Origin: Clostridia bacterium
GTDB lineage: Bacteria > Bacillota > Clostridia > Christensenellales > Aristaeellaceae
Assembly (NCBI GenBank): GCA_036652695.1
Contig: JAVVVJ010000002.1
Location: forward strand, 4,257-68,256
Direction: 5' to 3'
DNA length: 64,000 bases
Shown here: in pieces, positions 37,363 to 46,330 of the stretch
Numbering within the stretch: position 1 is the stretch's first letter
Layout of the letters: every line of letters begins with the position of its first letter
Translations under genes and position numbers: made by a program
Notes under the pieces: model-generated
Database searches by the model: none
Told to the model about the DNA's origin: nothing
What the model saw: only the letters and a program-made list of their open reading frames with translations

Positions 37363-38283
37363 TCACGAAAGCTTGCATAGCGCTACGGCAATCGCCGCGC
37401 CCAGCCGTGCGTTGTTCAGCACCAGCTGGATGTTTGCCGCCAGCGATTTGCCCTCCGTGAGGGTTTTGATTTTGTCCAACAAAAAAGGTGTAATTTCCTT
37501 GCCCTTCACGCCTTGCTCCTTTGCCAGAGCGATGGCGTGATCAATGCAGGCGTTCATTTCCGTCTCGGGCATCGCGTACTGCGCAGGGATGGGGTTGACA
37601 ACCAGCATGCCGCCCTTCAAACCGCAGCATGCCTTGACATGCATCGCCGCCGCGATCTCCTCCGGGGCGTCCAGCCGATAATCAACCGGAAAGCCGCTAT
37701 GGCGGCAGTAGAAGGCGGGCAGCTCCTTGGTTTGATAGCCAAGCACGGGCACGCCCTTGGTTTCCAAATATTCAAGCGTCAACCCAAGATCCAAAATGGA
37801 TTTCGCGCCCGCGCAGACAACTGTCACATCGGTCTGTGCAAGCTCCTCCAAATCAGCAGAGATATCCATGGTCACTTCCGCGCCGCGGTGAACGCCGCCT
37901 ACGCCGCCGGTTGCAAAAATGCGCACGCCAGCCAGCGCCGCCGCAATCATGGTTGTGGCAACTGTCGTAGCGCCATCCTCACCCTTAGAGAGCAAAACGG
38001 GCAGGTCGCGACGGCTGGCTTTGGTAACCGCAAGCCCCTTCTTGCCAAGGTACGTGATTTGCTCGGCGGAGATGCCTACGCAGAGCTTGCCGCCAAGAAT
38101 AGCGACCGTTGCAGGTACAGCGCCGCTTTCACGCACGGTTTGCTCAACCAGCAAGGCCGTTTCCACGTTCTGTGGATAGGGCATGCCGTGGGAAATGATG
38201 GTGGATTCCAGCGCCACCACAGGTTTGTTTTGTGCAAGCGCGGTCTTGACCTCATCGGATACCCAAAGATAAGAAGCGTTCAT
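37363..38283 (-). CDS. psuG: Pseudouridine-5'-phosphate glycosidase
   Basis: NKPVVALESTIISHGMPYPQN, IFATGGVGGVHRG and a DISADLEEL-like segment. ATGA overlap with the psuK stop. An alternative ATG lies at 38289. Confidence 0.9.
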   Translation of the reverse strand: MNASYLWVSDEVKTALAQNKPVVALESTIISHGMPYPQNVETALLVEQTVRESGAVPATVAILGGKLCVGISAEQITYLGKKGLAVTKASRRDLPVLLSKGEDGATTVATTMIAAALAGVRIFATGGVGGVHRGAEVTMDISADLEELAQTDVTVVCAGAKSILDLGLTLEYLETKGVPVLGYQTKELPAFYCRHSGFPVDYRLDAPEEIAAAMHVKACCGLKGGMLVVNPIPAQYAMPETEMNACIDHAIALAKEQGVKGKEITPFLLDKIKTLTEGKSLAANIQLVLNNARLGAAIAVALCKLS

Positions 38284-39218
38284 TGCCATTGTCCTCCCTG
38301 ATGTGCCTCCAGCATGGAGGCCAGCTTTGTTGCATTGATGTCGGGCGACACTGTGTCCGGCGCGGCGGCGCAGAGAGCTGCCATGCCAAGTCCACAACGC
38401 AGAATCTCTCGCAGATTGCTTTTTTCCAAATAAGCGACCACCGCACCCGCGAAAAATGCGTCGCCGCAGCCAGTGGTGTTCACGGTTTTGCCTGTCATAG
38501 GCGGCAGCAGCAGCCGTTCATCGTGCAGCGCGCCAACAGCGCCGCCGGGGCCAAGCGTGATCAGCGCAAGCGCAACGCCAGCCGCGCGCAGATCATCGCA
38601 ACAGCGCTGCGCATCCTGCACGGACAGGATTTGCCGCTGTGTGAGCAGCTCGGCCTCGATGCGGTTGGTCTTGATGCCGCGTAGCGCGCCGAGCACTCCC
38701 TTTAGCTTTGCCACTTTCTTTGCGGAAACAGAATCCGCAAAGAGCGGCGCGGTACAGCGCTGTGCAAGAAAACGAATGGAAGCTTCTGGCAGGTTGGCGT
38801 CCAGCACCACCGCCTCGGATGCATTGAGCAGCTCAAGCTTCGTTTCTAAAAACGCAGGCGTCAATAGGTCGCAGCCATCCATATCTGATATCGCGACCAT
38901 CATCTCTCCATCCGGAGCGTTGATGCACACGTAAACAGAGCTTCGTGCGTCCTTGAGCAGCAAAGATTCGGACAAATCCATCCCTACGCTTTTTGCCTGC
39001 GCTTTAAGCAGCGGCGCAAACGCGTCATCACCAAGCGCGGAGATCATGCGCACGCTTTGCCCGAGGCGCACAAGGTTCTCCGCGATGTTGCGCCCAACGC
39101 CGCCAAAGCTTACGCGAACCCGCCCGGGGTTGGAATCTCCATTTTGCAAAGCGGCATAGGCAGTTGCGCCGATGTCTATATTGCAACCGCCCACCACCGT
39201 GATTCTATGCTTGTCCAT
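38280..39218 (-). CDS. psuK: Pseudouridine kinase (PfkB family carbohydrate kinase)
   Basis: ATG follows GGGAGGGG. VVGGCNIDIGA, GGVGRNIAENL and the C-terminal NTTGCGDAFFAG motif are present. The gene is paired with psuG. Confidence 0.85.
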   Translation of the reverse strand: MDKHRITVVGGCNIDIGATAYAALQNGDSNPGRVRVSFGGVGRNIAENLVRLGQSVRMISALGDDAFAPLLKAQAKSVGMDLSESLLLKDARSSVYVCINAPDGEMMVAISDMDGCDLLTPAFLETKLELLNASEAVVLDANLPEASIRFLAQRCTAPLFADSVSAKKVAKLKGVLGALRGIKTNRIEAELLTQRQILSVQDAQRCCDDLRAAGVALALITLGPGGAVGALHDERLLLPPMTGKTVNTTGCGDAFFAGAVVAYLEKSNLREILRCGLGMAALCAAAPDTVSPDINATKLASMLEAHQGGQWQ

Positions 39219-39228
39219 AGCCCCTCCC

Positions 39229-39915
39229 TTAGGTGTTACGGGTGCGGATGCCCTGAATGTTCGCATATTCCGATAGCTTGTTTACGATATCCTTATAAGT
39301 GGTTTTGCCCTGCATATCCAGCGTATAGATGTTGGTATACAGGTTGTATTTTCCCTTGTTCTCCACGTGAAAGTCAATATCCAGCACATGCACGCCGATG
39401 CTTTGGAAATAATCGTTGATGAACGCGATTGTTTCCACGCGGTGGATAAATTTGATCTCCACATGCTTTACTGCATTTACGCGCACCAAACGCTGCAAAA
39501 GCGTTAGCGTGATAATGACGATCACACAGCCGGCGATGGCGATCATGTAATAGCCCATGCCAACCGCAAGCCCAAGGCATGCGACGTTCCACAGTGAAGC
39601 GGCGGTTGTAAGCCCCGCAATTTTCTTTTGGCTGATGAAGATGGTGCCCGCGCCAAGAAAGCCGATGCCGCTAATGACCTGAGCGCTGATGCGGCCATAG
39701 CTGATGGCAATGCCGGTGTTGGCGTTATTCATATTGAGGGTAATCGTATCGGCAATCATAAAGCTTTCCATAATGGCGATCGTCGCCGCACCAACGCAAA
39801 CCAACACGTGCGTGCGCATACCAGCCGGGCGGTTTTTGCGCTCGCGCTCAATGCCGATGACACAGCCAATCACAACAGAAAGCAAAAGGCGAAGCCCCGT
39901 CTCCCACCACGTCAT
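39229..39915 (-). CDS. mgtC: MgtC/SapB family membrane protein
   Basis: LLLSVVIGCVIGIERERKNRPAGMRTHVLVCVGA is the family signature, followed by a C-terminal ACT-like soluble domain. Confidence 0.85.
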   Translation of the reverse strand: MTWWETGLRLLLSVVIGCVIGIERERKNRPAGMRTHVLVCVGAATIAIMESFMIADTITLNMNNANTGIAISYGRISAQVISGIGFLGAGTIFISQKKIAGLTTAASLWNVACLGLAVGMGYYMIAIAGCVIVIITLTLLQRLVRVNAVKHVEIKFIHRVETIAFINDYFQSIGVHVLDIDFHVENKGKYNLYTNIYTLDMQGKTTYKDIVNKLSEYANIQGIRTRNT

Positions 39916-39946
39916 GTACTTTCCAACTCCTATGAAGCAAATTTTG

Positions 39947-40555
39947 TTAAAAAATGCGGTACAAGGATACCACCTTGCCCAAAATGGTAAGCTCGCGCGT
40001 TAGGATGGGTTTCATTGTCGGGTTTTCTGGCTGAAGCCGAAAGCCGCCGTTTTCACGGAAAAAGCGCTTTACCGTGGCGTCATCCTCAATCATTGCTACA
40101 ACGATGTCCCCATTGTATGCGGTTGCCTGTTTGCGCACAACCACGTAATCGCCGTCCATGATGCCTGCGCCGATCATGCTTTCACCGCACACCGAAAGGA
40201 TATAATGCTCTCCCTCGCCAAGCATGGTCTGCGGCAGGGAAATGTAATCCTCAATGTTCTCCGTAGCCAAAATCGGCGTGCCTGCCGTTACCCGACCCAC
40301 CACCGGAACCGCAATCATCTCCGTGCGGTACATCTGATGATCCACCGGTACGGAAATCGCGCGGGGCTTCATGGAATCGCGGTAAAGAAGACCTTTTTTC
40401 TCCAGCCGAATCAAATGCCCATGCACGGTAGAAGTGCTTTTTAACCCTGTGGCATCACATATTTCACGAACCGATGGGGGATAACCCTTTTGCAAGGTTG
40501 CTTTTTCGATATAAGCAAGGATCTTGGCTTGTGAATCGCCACGCGGGTTGCTCAT
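39947..40555 (-). CDS. lexA: LexA repressor (SOS transcriptional repressor / S24 autopeptidase)
   Basis: N-terminal w[28 protein letters not shown]. Cleavage region VGRVTAGTP. Catalytic SVCGESM...VVVRKQ. Confidence 0.95.
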   Translation of the reverse strand: MSNPRGDSQAKILAYIEKATLQKGYPPSVREICDATGLKSTSTVHGHLIRLEKKGLLYRDSMKPRAISVPVDHQMYRTEMIAVPVVGRVTAGTPILATENIEDYISLPQTMLGEGEHYILSVCGESMIGAGIMDGDYVVVRKQATAYNGDIVVAMIEDDATVKRFFRENGGFRLQPENPTMKPILTRELTILGKVVSLYRIF

Positions 40556-40624
40556 GCACTGCTCACTTCCTTACAATACTGCTGATAGCATACCATAAGA
40601 TAACGGTGTTGGCAAGTTTTTTTG

Positions 40625-40638
40625 CGAACGAACGTTTC
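40625..40638. promoter_or_regulatory. Candidate Gram-positive SOS (Cheo) box upstream of lexA
   Basis: CGAACGAACGTTTC compared with the consensus CGAAC-N4-GTTCG: one arm is perfect and the other is degenerate. It lies 8 nt upstream of a TTGCCA-17-TATGCT promoter on the - strand. Confidence 0.45.
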
Positions 40639-40681
40639 TATATCCCCCAATTGTGCCCATGTGAAGCCCTTTCACAACGGC

Positions 40682-40722
40682 GAACAAAAACAACCAAGCT
40701 GTTGCGTAAAAGCTCGGTTGTT
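40682..40722 (-). terminator. Rho-independent terminator after the NrdD-like mini-gene
   Basis: On the - strand, AACAACCGAGC pairs with GCTTGGTTGTT (11 bp, one G-U) and is followed by TTTGTT. Confidence 0.6.
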
Positions 40723-40745
40723 TTTTGCTTTGCCATCAAGCGGCA

Positions 40746-41015
40746 TCAGGCAATGGAGTGCTTTACGCGATCCTGTTCCTCGGCGCGCTTGGCATTATTG
40801 AAGCGATCCAGCGTTCCAACGAGGTACCCCGTAATTCTTCGAATGCGGTGAAAAGGCCGCTCGCCAAGGTCATACTCCAACTCCAGCTCATCGCCGCAGA
40901 GGTTGATATCAATATGGCGTGGCTCCACGCCGTATTTTTTGGTGGCGCGCTGCACATAGGCGTCGATTTCACACTGCTCCATCGTTCCATTTTTTACTGT
41001 AACCGTACAAGCCAT
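40746..41015 (-). CDS. Free-standing 89-aa protein carrying an NrdD-type (class III ribonucleotide reductase) glycyl-radical C-terminal motif
   Basis: ATG at 41015 follows AAAGGA. The C-terminus FHRIRRITGYLVGTLDRFNNAKRAEEQDRVKH matches the NrdD tail pattern RR[VI]xGYLG...FNxGKxxExxxRVKH. The - strand also carries its own TGATATACT extended -10 upstream. Confidence 0.75.
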   Translation of the reverse strand: MACTVTVKNGTMEQCEIDAYVQRATKKYGVEPRHIDINLCGDELELEYDLGERPFHRIRRITGYLVGTLDRFNNAKRAEEQDRVKHSIA

Positions 41016-41114
41016 GGTATACCATCCTTTCCACAACACGCATTATTTACAACATCTTGTGTAAGTAGAGTATATCACTTTTTATGCCGACTGAAACAGC
41101 AGCCGCCAAAATTT

Positions 41115-42551
41115 TTATAGCGCGTCACGGATGCTTTGCAAAAGCGCGATGCTATGCGCCTCGCTGTGGGCGTGGCGCGGAAGCAGCAGGTGCAAATAAA
41201 AATCGGCATACTGCTTGAGGAAGGCGGGTTCGTCTACCACGATTTCCTGATAGCTGTTGTCCAGATCATAGTGCGTGTCACTTTTGCAAAGCAGCACGCT
41301 TTGCTGCTCAATTCCCACAAACTGGTATTCGCGCATTTGCAGCCCATCCAGCAAAAAATGCAAATGGAAGCGCGGGTTGTTCCGCGCCGCAAGCAGCAGG
41401 GAATCCAAAATGGCAATGACGTCCTCCCGCGCAAAGGGTCGCAGGCCAAAAAAATGATCGCTCATAACGCCGCTGTGGGCAAAGCGCTCGGTCGCCGCTA
41501 GGCTTAGCATGAGGTAAGTGGGCTTTGTCTTTTGAAACAGGTTATGATAGCGGCTTTGAAGAATGGCAATCAGGCTTTCTACGCTGTGCGGGTTCATGAT
41601 TTCGCCGGATAAAACGGTGGTATCAAAGGCGCGAACCACAATTTCAGGTGGAATCATTTCAAAGCAGGGATCAAGCCGAATTTGATAAATGCTCCGGTTT
41701 CGCTCGCGCTGGTAGCAGGAAAACAAAAAATCACGATAGCTGTGCATGGAGGCTCCGCTTTTGGTGGCATACAGCGGCCTTGGCGGGGGCTGTATGCCGG
41801 CGATCATCCGCTGCGTGTTGCTGTAGGAGGATACTCGCTGCATGTTGTACAGGATGCGAACGGTGCGGTCGCTGTGAAAAAGCAGCAGCGTTTCCGTTGC
41901 TCCCACGCCTATACCCACCTTTAGCAGCATCGCGTAAGGCATAAAAAAGAGCGCATCGGTTGCGTTGTCACGGTCGGTAGTCGTATACAGGCGATAGCGA
42001 TGATCCATCAGCAGCGGTGAAACCGTTTGAATCAGAAGCGCGTAATTGCGAGAATCCTCATTGACGCTAATGTAGTGGTTCATCTCGATAATGCGGTCGC
42101 TTTCGTCAAAGAGCGGCTTGAGCGCGGCGAAGATGTCTCTCTCACAGCAGTTGAAGCAGAGAATTTGCAACGGCTCTCGCTTGGAAAAGCGGGAGAAATA
42201 TTCCTGTAGCGTGCAGCCTGCCTCGGGCAGATGGTAAGGCAAAGCCTCCACAGGCGTATCAAAAATTAGGTTGTAGATGCTTTTTTGCGCCTTATAGCTT
42301 TCTTTGCCCAAGCGGCTGACGATGATGGCTGTTTCCAGCTGCTCAATCTCCGCTGGAGAAAAAAGCTCCGGGTGCATGCGCGCGTTTACGACGAAATCCG
42401 TACGCCGCTTTTCGCTGGTTTCATCCCGCAGCAGTCGTGAAACTGTGTTGGTATTGGGCAGCGCCAGCGCGGCGGCAAGCGCGGCAATTGTGAGGGCATG
42501 CTTCTCCATCAGCTCCGAGAGAAGCTCGCCAAAAGTGCGTAAGAGTCTCAT
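41115..42551 (-). CDS. Hypothetical protein of about 478 aa with an N-terminal XRE-like helix-turn-helix
   Basis: MRLLRTFGELLSELMEKHALTIAALAAALALPNTNTVSRLLRDE looks like an HTH. I recognised no family in the remainder. The start is uncertain (ATG 42551 or 42560; the ORF is open to 42662). It is divergent from guaD. Confidence 0.65.
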   Translation of the reverse strand: MRLLRTFGELLSELMEKHALTIAALAAALALPNTNTVSRLLRDETSEKRRTDFVVNARMHPELFSPAEIEQLETAIIVSRLGKESYKAQKSIYNLIFDTPVEALPYHLPEAGCTLQEYFSRFSKREPLQILCFNCCERDIFAALKPLFDESDRIIEMNHYISVNEDSRNYALLIQTVSPLLMDHRYRLYTTTDRDNATDALFFMPYAMLLKVGIGVGATETLLLFHSDRTVRILYNMQRVSSYSNTQRMIAGIQPPPRPLYATKSGASMHSYRDFLFSCYQRERNRSIYQIRLDPCFEMIPPEIVVRAFDTTVLSGEIMNPHSVESLIAILQSRYHNLFQKTKPTYLMLSLAATERFAHSGVMSDHFFGLRPFAREDVIAILDSLLLAARNNPRFHLHFLLDGLQMREYQFVGIEQQSVLLCKSDTHYDLDNSYQEIVVDEPAFLKQYADFYLHLLLPRHAHSEAHSIALLQSIRDAL

Positions 42552-42644
42552 CCTCCGCATCCTTTCGTATCCATTCGATGCTTTTATTATATAGGAACAT
42601 CCAATCAGGCGCAAGCGACTTTTTTGTTCGTCCATACGCATTAT

Positions 42645-42673
42645 TTGACATAACGCCCCCAAAGCATTATACT
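42645..42673 (+). promoter_or_regulatory. Promoter of the guaD-xdh-mod-moa array
   Basis: TTGACA (42645-42650), an exact 17-nt spacer, then TATACT (42668-42673), about 50 nt upstream of ATG 42723. Confidence 0.55.
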
Positions 42674-42722
42674 ATCTATTAGATACTTACTTGGACACCT
42701 ATAAAAAAGAAGGAGTGTGGTT

Positions 42723-43994
42723 ATGAAACCATCTTTTGTGCTAAAGGGTGATCTCGCCTTTACCCCTTCAAAAGAGGCTTTTTCTACGTTTTCGCAAGGC
42801 TTTCTCGTATGCGAAAACGGCAGAATCTCCGGCGTGTTTCCGGTGCTGCCAGCGTGCTATGACGCCTTGCCTTGTTTGGATTTTTCAAATTGCCTTATCG
42901 TGCCGGGGCTGAGCGATACGCATTTGCACGCGCCGCAATACGCTTACCGCGGCTTAGGCATGGATCTGGAGCTGTTGGAATGGCTGAATTCGCATGCCTT
43001 TCCGGAGGAGGCACGCTATCAAGACATGCGCTACGCCCAAGCCGCCTACAGCCAGTTTGCGGATGCGCTTACGCATAGCGCCACCACGCGCGCTTGTGTT
43101 TTTGCCACGGTGCATGTGCCCGCTACGCTTTGTCTGATGGAGGCGCTTGAAAAAAGAGGCTTTCATGGCTACGTTGGCAAGGTCAACATGGATCGCAATT
43201 CGCCGGATGACCTTTGTGAAACAAATGCGCAAGCCGCTCTTGCGGCTACGGAAGAATGGCTTGCGCGGACGGCGGCCTTTGCGCATGTAAAACCGGTGCT
43301 CACGCCGCGCTTTGCGCCTTCGTGCTCGGATCAGCTGCTGCGCGGCCTTGGCGCTATGCATCAAAAAAGTGGCTTGCCCGTGCAGAGCCACCTTTCAGAA
43401 AACCCAAGCGAGGTACAGTGGGTGCGGGAGCTGTGCCCGCAAGCAAGCTGCTACGGCGATGTTTACGCTCGCTTTGGGCTGCTGGATGGAGACGCCCAAA
43501 CCGTGATGGCGCACTGCGTCTATCCCACGGAGACGGAAATTGCACTGCTACGCGAGCACAAGGTGCTGGTTTCGCATTGCCCGGCCTCCAACATGAACCT
43601 GTCCTCTGGCATCGCGCCCATCCGTCGTTATTTGCAGGAGGGCGTGCGCGTATCCTTAGGTACGGATATTGCGGGTGGATATGACCTTTCCATCTTCCGT
43701 GCCATGGCGGACGCCGTGCAGGTATCCAAGCTCTTGTTCCGTTATGGCGAAGAGCATCCGCGTCCGCTCACGTTAAGCGAGGCCTTTTATCTGGGCACCA
43801 AGGGAGGCGGCTCGCTGTTTGGCAAGGTAGGTAGCTTTGAGCCGGGCTATGCGTGTGATGCGGTTGTGCTGGACGACAGCGCCCTCGTATCCCCGTGCCC
43901 GCTAAGCGTAGAGCAGCGTGTGGAGCGCGCCGTATATTTGGACAGAGACGTTCAAATCAAGCATAAATATATTGACGGGTTGCAGGTATTGTAA
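42723..43994 (+). CDS. guaD: Guanine deaminase (amidohydrolase superfamily)
   Basis: PGLSDTHLHAPQYAYRGLGMDLELLEWL, HLSENPSEV and GTDIAGG are motifs typical of guanine deaminase. Confidence 0.85.
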   Translation: MKPSFVLKGDLAFTPSKEAFSTFSQGFLVCENGRISGVFPVLPACYDALPCLDFSNCLIVPGLSDTHLHAPQYAYRGLGMDLELLEWLNSHAFPEEARYQDMRYAQAAYSQFADALTHSATTRACVFATVHVPATLCLMEALEKRGFHGYVGKVNMDRNSPDDLCETNAQAALAATEEWLARTAAFAHVKPVLTPRFAPSCSDQLLRGLGAMHQKSGLPVQSHLSENPSEVQWVRELCPQASCYGDVYARFGLLDGDAQTVMAHCVYPTETEIALLREHKVLVSHCPASNMNLSSGIAPIRRYLQEGVRVSLGTDIAGGYDLSIFRAMADAVQVSKLLFRYGEEHPRPLTLSEAFYLGTKGGGSLFGKVGSFEPGYACDAVVLDDSALVSPCPLSVEQRVERAVYLDRDVQIKHKYIDGLQVL

Positions 43995-44017
43995 CCACAG
44001 TAAGGAGGGAATTCCGC

Positions 44018-46330
44018 GTGAGTGTAGGCAAGAGCATCCCCCGCGTGGACGCGTATCAGAAGGTGACGGGGCAGGCAAAATACACGGCTGATTTGGCTCC
44101 GGCCAACGCCTTGTACGCAAAGATTGTCCACGCCACCATCACCCATGGCCTCGTTACGCAAATTGACGGCGGCGAGGCAGCAAAGGTGGAGGGCTTTGTG
44201 AAGCTCATCACTTGTTTTGACGTGCCGGATACCCGCTTTCCAACGGCGGGGCATCCGTGGTCGGTAGAGCCGGCACATCAGGATATCTGCGACCGCCCGC
44301 TGCTCACCCAGCATGTGCGGCTCTATGGCGATTATGTCGCCGTGGTGCTGGCAGAAACCGCGCTTGCGGCCACTAAGGCAGCGCGGCTTGTGAAGGTGGA
44401 ATACGAGCCGTATGAACCACTTCTCACACCCAAGGCGGCCATGGCGGATACCACGCACCCCTTGCATGCGGAGAGACCCAATAATGTCATTGCACACAGC
44501 CATTTTACCGTGGGCACGGGCACCTATGACGAGGCAAAGGCCGCGGAGCCGGATTGCTTTGAGCTGATCAAAACCTTTACAACACCCATTGTGCAGCACT
44601 GCCACCTTGAGCTTGCGCAGTCCTACGCCTATATGGAAAACGATCGAATCGTTGTGGTTAGCTCCACGCAGATCCCGCATATCGTCCGCCGCATCGTAAG
44701 TCAGGCGCTCGCGAGGCCCATGGGCGAAATCCGCATCATCAAGCCCTATATCGGCGGCGGCTTTGGCAATAAGCAGGACGCGCTTACCGAACCGCTGGCG
44801 GCGTACCTGACCACGCAGGTGAACGGGCGCTGCGTGCGGCTGGAGTTCACGCGTGAGGAAACCTTCTATGCCACCCGTGTGCGCCACGCCATTTCCTTTG
44901 ATGTGAAGGCGCTTGTGCGCAGGGACGGTACGCTGGTGGCACGCAAGCTGGAGGCATACTCCTCTCAGGGCGGCTATGCCTCGCATGGGCATTCCATCGT
45001 GGCAAACTCCGCGGCGGCGTTTAAGCAGCTCTACCGCGATGAGCGCATCCTCGAATCGGATGCATACACCGTTTATACCACCATGCCAACCGCGGGCGCG
45101 ATGCGCGGATACGGCATTCCTCAGAGCGACTTTGTGACCGAGGCGATGAGCGATGATATTGCCCTCGCCTTGCGCATGGACCCCATCGCATACCGCCTGC
45201 AAAATTGCATCAAAGAGGGCTACAAAGACCCGCATACAGGCATCACTTTCCACAGCTATGGGCTGGAGGAGTGCATCCGGCGTGGGCGCGAAGCCTTCCA
45301 TTGGGATGAAAAGCGTCGCGAATACAGCGATCAGACGGGCGATATCCGTCGCGGCATTGGCATGGCGATCTTTGTTTACAAAACGGGCGTATATCCGATC
45401 TCGCTGGAAACGGCAAGCGCGCGCCTTACGCTCAATCAAGATGGTTCTGTGGTGCTTGTGATGGGCGCTACCGAAATTGGTCAGGGCGCGGACACGGTCT
45501 TTGTGCAGATGGCGGCGGAAACCTTGGGCATCAGCGACAACCGCGTTCATATTCTCTCCGTGCAGGATACGGATGTTTCGCCCTACGATAGCGGCGCATA
45601 CGCCTCCCGCCAGACCTACGTAAGCGGCATGGCGGTACGCAAGGCTGCGGAGCTGCTCAAAAGCCGCATTCTGGATTACGCCGCCGAGGTGCTGGGCTGC
45701 GAGGCAGCGGCGCTTGACCTGTGCAACGATGAAATTACCCGCAAGGAAAACGGCGAATGCCTGCGCACGCTTACCGACCTCGCCATGGAGGCGCAGTATA
45801 GCTTGAAGCATTCTGTGCATCTAAGCGCCGATTTTACCTATCACTGCAAGGAAAACACCATCGCCTCTGGCGCGTGCTTTGCCGAGGTGGAGGTGGATAT
45901 TCCCATGTGCAAGGTCAAAATCCTGCGCATCCTGAATGTACACGACAGCGGCAAGCTCATCAACCCCCAGCTGGCTACGGCGCAGGTACATGGCGGCATG
46001 AGCATGGGCATTGGCTATGGGCTTTACGAGGAAATGCTGTTTGATCGAACCGGCAAGCCCCTCAACGATAATTTGCTGGATTATAAACTTCCCACCTCTA
46101 TGGATACCCCGGATCTGGAAACCGATTTTGTGGAGCTTGATGATCCCACCGGCCCCTACGGCAACAAAGCGTTGGGCGAGCCGCCCGCCATACCGCCCGC
46201 ACCCGCAATCCGCAATGCCGTGCTCAACGCAACGGGCGTGGCGGTGGATTCGCTACCGCTATCGCCGCAAAAGCTCTATGAACATTTTGTAAAAGCAGGC
46301 TTGATCAAGGAGGTGCATGCGGATGTTTGA
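44018..46330 (+). CDS. Xanthine dehydrogenase family molybdopterin-binding (large) subunit
   Basis: GTG follows GGAGGG. VGKSIPRVDAYQKVTGQAKYTAD, GGGFGNKQD, GAMRGYG and NKALGEPP. Confidence 0.9.
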   Translation: MSVGKSIPRVDAYQKVTGQAKYTADLAPANALYAKIVHATITHGLVTQIDGGEAAKVEGFVKLITCFDVPDTRFPTAGHPWSVEPAHQDICDRPLLTQHVRLYGDYVAVVLAETALAATKAARLVKVEYEPYEPLLTPKAAMADTTHPLHAERPNNVIAHSHFTVGTGTYDEAKAAEPDCFELIKTFTTPIVQHCHLELAQSYAYMENDRIVVVSSTQIPHIVRRIVSQALARPMGEIRIIKPYIGGGFGNKQDALTEPLAAYLTTQVNGRCVRLEFTREETFYATRVRHAISFDVKALVRRDGTLVARKLEAYSSQGGYASHGHSIVANSAAAFKQLYRDERILESDAYTVYTTMPTAGAMRGYGIPQSDFVTEAMSDDIALALRMDPIAYRLQNCIKEGYKDPHTGITFHSYGLEECIRRGREAFHWDEKRREYSDQTGDIRRGIGMAIFVYKTGVYPISLETASARLTLNQDGSVVLVMGATEIGQGADTVFVQMAAETLGISDNRVHILSVQDTDVSPYDSGAYASRQTYVSGMAVRKAAELLKSRILDYAAEVLGCEAAALDLCNDEITRKENGECLRTLTDLAMEAQYSLKHSVHLSADFTYHCKENTIASGACFAEVEVDIPMCKVKILRILNVHDSGKLINPQLATAQVHGGMSMGIGYGLYEEMLFDRTGKPLNDNLLDYKLPTSMDTPDLETDFVELDDPTGPYGNKALGEPPAIPPAPAIRNAVLNATGVAVDSLPLSPQKLYEHFVKAGLIKEVHADV

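Noticed and set aside
42663-42722. I looked for a Moco riboswitch upstream of guaD/xdh, and also upstream of modA (48766-48804) and moaA (51869-51915).
   Set aside because: The leaders are only about 35-60 nt, too short for the Moco RNA motif of about 130 nt, and I saw no conserved Moco-motif sequence blocks.
43952-45820. A 622-aa ORF antisense to the xanthine dehydrogenase large subunit.
   Set aside because: It is a shadow ORF. The + strand product carries unambiguous Mo-hydroxylase motifs, and the antisense product has none and shows R/H/A-rich junk composition.
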